NCBI GenBank assembly: GCA_905261645.1
Contig: CAJNOV010013844.1
Coordinates: forward strand, 2,868-19,282
DNA from: Rotaria magnacalcarata
Taxonomy: Eukaryota
Direction: 5' to 3'
DNA: 16,415 nt
Shown: piece by piece, positions 11,157 through 16,415 of the stretch
How positions within the stretch are numbered: the first letter of the stretch is position 1
Layout: the number at the start of each line of letters is the position of its first letter
Program-made: the position numbers and the translations under genes
Notes under the pieces: generated by a model
Seen by the model: the letters and a program-made list of their open reading frames with translations, nothing else
Databases searched by the model: none
Told to the model about the DNA's origin: nothing

Positions 11157-11498
11157 GAATTGGAAAAGGCCTTGAGTCGATTCGAAATTTTTGATCTTCA
11201 TGGTATAACATTTGTTTCTGATCGAGGTGCTAATTTCCTTAAGGCATTAAAACGTTTTCAAGCTTATTCATGTGCTGCTCATCGGCTAAACAATATTGTC
11301 AAACGTTGTTTTTTTGTTAATGAGAAAAGTAAAAAACAAGATGATCTTGAAGAAAATGTTTTTACTAATGATGATGAACTTGAAGAAGATATTGAAGCTC
11401 TAATCGATGTAACTGCATTAAGTGATATACCAAGAAAAGCTTTGCACGTTCTTCAAAACATAATCGAATGCAAAAAACTCGTCAAATACGTAAAGAAA
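11157..11498 (+). CDS. hAT transposase exon 3: ELEKALSRFEIFDLHGITFVSDRGANFLKALKRFQAYSCAAHRLNNIVKRCF…
   Basis: Acceptor atatag; VSDRGANFLKAL (second Asp candidate); CxxH motif CAAHRLNN; phase-0 donor aaa|gtaagt at 11499. Confidence 0.8.
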
Positions 11499-11711
11499 GT
11501 AAGTTTTGATCTATATGTGCTCCTGAACGAATAGTAATTAGGTAGTAAATTCAGCATACATAAAATCTGCTCTACATAATATAGTCACTGAAGGAGTTTT
11601 AGAAAGTAAAAATTCTAGACAATAATAAAACGACGAAAGATATTAACCTATGAAAGAGGTTTTAATTGAAACAGTTGATTTTTCAGAAAAGTATTACGTG
11701 TTTCTTTTTAG

Positions 11712-12114
11712 TCTGGAATAAACCCAGAAATTAAAGAATATGGTGGTGTTAGTCTTAAACAGTCAATTAATGTTCGTTGGCTTTCTTTTATCAATCTCCT
11801 CGAATCCATTGACCGATCATTTTTTTCTATAAGAAAGGTTTTGGCGAATAAGAAAAAAACTTTTGCAATTGAACGTGAAGTTGTACAAGGTTTGATTCGA
11901 CTTTTATTACCATTCAAAGAATTACTTACTAAGCTTCAAACTTCGAAAACACCTTCTATCCATCTTGTTCTCATTGGTATTGGTAGCCTTCGAACAACTC
12001 TTTCATCATTTGATATGCTTTTGGAATATGAAAAGAAAAACAAAATCTATTTTCAAGAAGAAAATTTAGATTCATTAGATATTAATTCTTCAAATTCAAT
12101 TCAAGAAGATGAAG
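11712..12114 (+). CDS. hAT transposase exon 4: SGINPEIKEYGGVSLKQSINVRWLSFINLLESIDRSFFSIRKVLANKKKTFAIEREVVQGLIRLLLPFKELLTKL…
   Basis: Acceptor tttttag at 11711 gives an uninterrupted frame; donor gtaatt at 12115. Confidence 0.75.
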
Positions 12115-12242
12115 GTAATTTAATATTTATATTTTTCATTAAACTGATCCTTAATCAGGAAGAATTTAGAGCAGAGAATAATTTTTTTCGTACATAAGAT
12201 ATTTTATAGCGAAATAAAATGGCATTAATTTTTTTCATATAG

Positions 12243-12820
12243 GTCTTCGATTTTTTCGTCTTCGCTTATCACATCTAATGGAAGAAATGTTCTCATTTGA
12301 ACCTATTCATTATGCGTCAAACATGCTTCATCCAAAATATCGACATTTAAAAAAAACTAGCAGCCACGATAAAAATAATTGTAAATATTTTATTCGTCAA
12401 ATGATGAAACTAGTCATTGATCAAGAAAAATCTAGTTCGACATTTTCATTACATTCATCAACCAATCATGATGGAGAATCATGTCCGAAAAAACGAAAAT
12501 ATTTTGGTGAAGAGTACGAAACTGGTAATGTCAGTGATGAGTATGACATGGATGATGATGAATTAGAAAGATATCTTTGTAAACGTTTGGATTTAACAAA
12601 TTTATCTGATAATCCACTTGATTTCTGGAAAAACAACAAAATTGAATTTCCGGTCTTAGCGAAAGTTGCTTGTCAAATATTTAGTGTACCAGCAACATCT
12701 GCATGTGTTGAAAGGTCTTTTAGTTCTGCTGGAAATATTGTTACAAAACGTCGAACCAACATCAAGCCTACTCAGCTAAATAATGTTCTTTTTTTACGAT
12801 CTTTTTATTCGTTTAAATGA
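12243..12820 (+). CDS. hAT transposase exon 5 with C-terminal dimerisation region (DNPLDFWKNNKIEFPVLAKVACQIFSVPATSACVERSFSSAGNIVTKRRTNIKPTQLNNVLFLRSFYSFK*)
   Basis: Acceptor catatag|GTCTTC; classic hAT C-terminal signature; stop at 12818-12820. Confidence 0.9.
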
Positions 12821-12941
12821 TGATAAATGGTTTTATGTATATTTAGATATTGTTTATTGATATATGAAATTGTTTTTATTTATGTGCTCATAGTTTGTAT
12901 TTGTTGTTAATATTCTTTGAAAATGTAATCTATATATGTGA

Positions 12942-12947
12942 AATAAA
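12942..12947 (+). promoter_or_regulatory. Candidate polyadenylation signal of the transposase
   Basis: AATAAA about 120 bp after the stop codon. Confidence 0.4.
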
Positions 12948-12992
12948 ACAGATCATAGCCTGTTTGAAAACAAACTAGAAAAATTGTTCTAA

Positions 12993-13156
12993 CGGTACGG
13001 TATTTCGCGAGACGGTATACTATGAACTTCATGCGGTAACGGTACGGTACAGTATTGAAAAAAAATTAAGTGGCACGGTACGGTACGGTAGAGTACTGAA
13101 GAAAGCGGTACACGGTACGAGACGGTATCAAATTTTTGCAATACCGCCGGTCTCTG
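12993..13156. repeat. Right subterminal CGGTA array plus terminal inverted repeat of the hAT element
   Basis: About a dozen copies, e.g. cacggtacggtacggta, cggtacacggtacgagacggtatc; terminates ccggtctctg. Confidence 0.8.
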
Positions 13157-13409
13157 GATCAAGCATCTTGGTAATGATGTTTTACAGTTCTGGTATTGAT
13201 GAAACTATTTTTGTAAAAAGAAATCATGTCACATTCTATCGATAGATATGTGACATGATAGACATCTATATTTCTTACATCTCTCTCAAATAAACCGAAT
13301 GTACGATGTGTTTGACTCCTCTCTTGGAGAAATTTATCAATTCTTTTCCTTCCTCACGTTGGACTTGAAGCTTCACTTTGTTGTTGTTGTTGTTTTTGTT
13401 CTTTCTATA

Positions 13410-13503
13410 TTTGGCAAGAGCGACTTTTTTTCTTTCTGTATTTGCCAAGAGCGACTTTTTTTCTTTCCGTATTTACCAAGAGCGACTTTTTTTTTCTTTC
13501 TAT
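13410..13503. repeat. Tandem repeat, about 31-bp unit x3
   Basis: tttggcaagagcgactttttttctttctgta / tttgccaagagcgactttttttctttccgt / atttaccaagagcgactttttttttctttct. Confidence 0.85.
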
Positions 13504-14092
13504 TCACAGTAGCGCAGACCACACTCGATAACAGTTATTATATTAAATCATGTACGTTTTGAACAACTTGCTGATTGTATGAGATTCCTCATTTGTTCCA
13601 TTTTATGAGCAGATAAGAGTGATTATGAATCGTGTTATGGTTCGTAAGTTGAATAATTTATATATAAACCGGGTCAGTTAGACTGTTTCACGAGCCTATT
13701 TTCATGAAATACCCAAAATTTTGTTTAAATGAATACGTATGACTAAAAAACTAGATGATGCTATGAAAAATATAAAGTAAAAAATTTTTGATTATTTTCA
13801 TCCGAATTAAAAATCATCTCTATTTGTGTGATTGATAGTGTAAAGGGCTAGATGATGCAATGATATTACTTTCTGAATAAATACTATGACCCTGATGATG
13901 ACATATGAGAAAGATTAGTCAATAAAAGAGAAGCAAATACACATTCACTCTCTTTATCAAATGTTCTTATTCTGTGACATCATTTAGTTGAAAATAAATA
14001 TTATCAAATTTTCTATTCTTTAGCAACGACGCTTTTAGATTGTCAGCAAGACTACAAACGCATCTAACTTGAAATTCCAGTTATTTAAACAG

Positions 14093-14503
14093 ATGGCTTT
14101 ATCCAACTTCAGCTTAGCAAAAACATGTGGAATAATTGGCTACAGCGCTGCTTTATGGGGTATAGGTGTTTTGACAATTCGTTATTGCGGAAGATATTTG
14201 TTTCAAACCAATTCAAGTCGAAGCCTTGCGATGGCTTCTACAGTGCCAGGTTGTTACGCGATAATACGTCTTACTCAAGCGTTATTTTCTCTTAATATGC
14301 AAGATACAGCTACTGCATTCGTATTGGGTACTGGCGCTGCAAGTATTCTGGATGGCATCACTCACGTTTGGTTTCCAAGTGCCTATGAAGATCCGGAGTT
14401 GCAGAAGAAAAATGCACTGGCAGCATGTACCACCTCTAGATATGGATCTGGCTGGTTACTCTTCTTCGTTGGTGTCGGTCTAACAATGGTCGTACTAATG
14501 TAA
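14093..14503 (+). CDS. Small putative multi-pass membrane protein, 136 aa (MALSNFSLAKTCGIIGYSAALWGIGVLTIRYCGRYLF…GSGWLLFFVGVGLTMVVLM)
   Basis: Single uninterrupted ORF with ATG at 14093 and about four hydrophobic stretches. The composition is much more protein-like than the other short ORFs. Confidence 0.7.
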   Translation: MALSNFSLAKTCGIIGYSAALWGIGVLTIRYCGRYLFQTNSSRSLAMASTVPGCYAIIRLTQALFSLNMQDTATAFVLGTGAASILDGITHVWFPSAYEDPELQKKNALAACTTSRYGSGWLLFFVGVGLTMVVLM

Positions 14504-14762
14504 TATGTTAATTTATTAAAGGACATCAATATCTTTGACATCTTATTCAATGCGACTTGTCGCTTATTACACATTAATCGTGACCGTAGATGACAGTATT
14601 CTCATATTTGATTTATTTTCCATGTAGAACTTTCAGTAGAACATCCAATCACGCTATAAAAACATGAATAAAACTATACTTTTAATCGGAAACAGATCAA
14701 CCTATTCTTCAACGAAAACACAAATTAATCTGTAAATCTCAAACTTTTGCTTTTGATCAACT

Positions 14763-14846
14763 TGAGGGTGTGTGGGTGTGGGTGGCTTGCTGGATAGGTG
14801 TGGATGTGGCTATTGTGAGAGACACAGTCATACCCCCACACCCTCA
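14763..14846. repeat. Telomere-like GT/CA hairpin motif, copy 6
   Basis: tgagggtgtgtgggtgtgggtggc … gtcatacccccacaccctca. Confidence 0.75.
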
Positions 14847-15113
14847 TTAGACCAACTTTAATTATTCTGCAAGAAAATATCTGAAGAAAGCTGAATTTTT
14901 TTTTATAAAAAACACGCCCTAGAGGGATACGGCAATTTTTTAGGAAAATTTTTTTTTATCGTTTTCTTCTGATATTTTCTTGTAGAATAATTAAGGGTGG
15001 TGTAATGATTTACACATAATCCATTGTATCTGTTGTGATGAAGCTCTTCAAATTATTTTGTAAGAAAACTTATAGATGACTATCAATGGAAAACAATGAA
15101 TATTTGCAGAACT

Positions 15114-15170
15114 TGAGGGTGTGGGTGTAGGTGTGATGCTAATCTAAATCGGCATGCACACCCACACCCT
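15114..15170. repeat. Telomere-like GT/CA hairpin motif, copy 7
   Basis: tgagggtgtgggtgtaggtgtgatgc … ggcatgcacacccacaccct. Confidence 0.75.
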
Positions 15171-15368
15171 TTTATTGGAGTATCTGAATTCAACGTGATG
15201 GGGAAGGCTCAGTACTCCAGAAATCATCACTGTGGATCGCTGTCTGATCATTCTATAAGAATAATCATTTTCTTATGCCGCAGTCATTTTTTGTAATAGA
15301 GCACGCCAAGTTAAATAACCAATAAGAAAACGATCACTTCGACATCGGTTTTGACAAAATAATGAGGC

Positions 15369-15477
15369 GGTATGTGTGCGTATTGGTGTATGAGTGTTTA
15401 TGCGAGGTGTAGTTGCTGATGACTGTAAGTTCACGGGAGTGTTGCTATGATGTAGAAAACACCCACACCCACACACA
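15369..15477. repeat. Telomere-like GT/CA motif, copy 8, with strong C-rich arm and degenerate G-rich arm
   Basis: gtatgtgtgcgtattggtgtatgagtg … acacccacacccacacacaa. Confidence 0.45.
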
Positions 15478-15653
15478 AGACAATTTTCATTTTTATAGTT
15501 GATTTAATTTATGACAATTTTATCTTGATGAAATAAAAATAAAAATATAATATATAATATAAAAGGTCACGATGACCTGATTGTAATCTTAGTGCCAATA
15601 TGAATTACTCCGTTAAAATTGATGTTCGAAATGAAGTTTTAAATCTAATAAAC

Positions 15654-15893
15654 CTTATTCCCACTTTGCTTGTTGGCCACAAATACAGTGAAAATTGGTC
15701 ATACACATACATGTTTGTTGCTAAGAGCGGTCTCTCTTCTTTCATGTATCTTTCGATATCGTCTTGTTAGCATATGCAAGCAAGGCGATATAGAAAGATA
15801 TATGAACGCAGAGAGACCACTCTTAGCAACAAACATGTATGTGCGTGGCCAATTTTCACTGAATTTCTGGCCAACAAGCAAAATGGGCATAAG
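15654..15893. repeat. Long foldback palindrome, about 120-bp arms with no spacer (MITE/foldback-like)
   Basis: Left arm cttattcccactttgcttgttggccacaaatacagtgaaaattggtc… against reverse complement of the right arm cttatgcccattttgcttgttggccagaaattcagtgaaaattggcc…; dyad centre is CATATG at 15771-15776. Confidence 0.9.
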
Positions 15894-16312
15894 ACTCATT
15901 ACAAGAAATGATAATTGTCAGCCAAAAATGAAGCATTTTTTCTGCAAAAATGGCTTGAAAATGCTCTTTTGTCTCTTATCATATTTCGAACAATATTTTA
16001 TCTGTAACAAAAATAGACACAGCTCAAACTACAGATTGGCATCAGTAGACTACGACTACGATTATATTATGTGAAATATCACATCGCTGCGTTCTCATTG
16101 CCAAAATTTTCTCTCACGGTTCTATATGCTCTCATTTTGTTCTTGTGCTAAAACTATTTTTTATTTATTCGGGACAGAGAAAAAGGAGCTTTATTAGTTA
16201 GATACCTATTCGAGGTTGAAGAGTGTAGAGTTCATAAATTTAAGAAAAACTTTGAAGGATATAGAAACAATACATGAAAATTAGGAAACCATTTGAACGA
16301 ATACTTTGTTCT

Positions 16313-16415
16313 TCATTTCTCGATGCCATCACCGCTACCTACTGCACCTCGACCATCATGTTCAGGTTGGCCAGGGACAAGATCGTAATTAATGCACTCG
16401 TCGGAAAATCACGGT
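16313..16415 (-). CDS. C-terminal end of a gene truncated at the right edge (…RDFSDECINYDLVPGQPEHDGRGAVGSGDGIEK*)
   Basis: Open minus-strand frame ending in TGA at 16313-16315. Local GC content and amino-acid composition shift to coding-like. Confidence 0.4.

Larger units (their letters stand above)
9621..13156 (+). mobile_element. Full-length hAT-superfamily DNA transposon with apparently intact spliced transposase
   Basis: Left end CAGAGACCCGCGGTATG; reverse complement of the right end CAGAGACCGGCGGTATT. BED-type finger, DDE-like segments and a hAT C-terminal dimerisation motif lie between them, with CGGTA/TACCG arrays at both ends. Confidence 0.88.

Noticed and set aside
13299-13562. 87-aa Phe-rich ORF
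   Set aside because: Generated by the poly-T/CT tandem repeat and GTT microsatellite; low complexity only.
15273-15476. Minus-strand 67-aa ORF (MCGCGCFLHHSNTPVNLQ…)
   Set aside because: It arises from the C-rich arm of a telomere-like motif and has no independent support.
15670-16074. 134-aa plus-strand ORF and overlapping 66-aa minus-strand ORF at 15699-15899
   Set aside because: Both run through the long palindrome and mirror each other's peptides. They are explained by the symmetry, with no coding signature.
1-16415. CRISPR array, prokaryotic defence operon or tRNA/rRNA genes
   Set aside because: No regularly spaced direct repeats with unique spacers, no operon-like gene packing and no cloverleaf or rRNA core seen. 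The GT..AG introns indicate nuclear eukaryotic DNA.

Overview
This AT-rich eukaryotic window most resembles a bdelloid rotifer genome. That assignment is inference: introns are mostly 56-58 bp, F-box/leucine-rich-repeat coding is present, and interstitial tracts match the TGTGGG-type telomere unit reported for bdelloids. No database search was possible.

Main contents:
1. A minus-strand F-box/LRR gene (about 3234-5441). It has eight consecutive 84-bp phase-0 exons, each encoding exactly one 28-residue ribonuclease-inhibitor-type LRR, and adjacent exon+intron units look recently duplicated.
2. An apparently complete, intron-containing hAT transposon (9621-13156). It has imperfect inverted ends (CAGAGACC...GGTCTCTG), dense CGGTA/TACCG subterminal repeats, and five exons that splice by hand into one open frame of about 748 aa. 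The expected 8-bp target-site duplication is not visible.
3. A perfectly centred foldback palindrome of about 240 bp (15654-15893).
4. A recurring family of small G-arm-first/C-arm-last motifs, TGAGGGTGTGGGTG...CACCCACACCCTCA. There are about eight sites, six or seven paired. They resemble miniature interstitial telomere-repeat hairpins and are the least explained feature here.
5. A small single-exon membrane protein ORF (14093-14503), and partial gene ends at both window edges.
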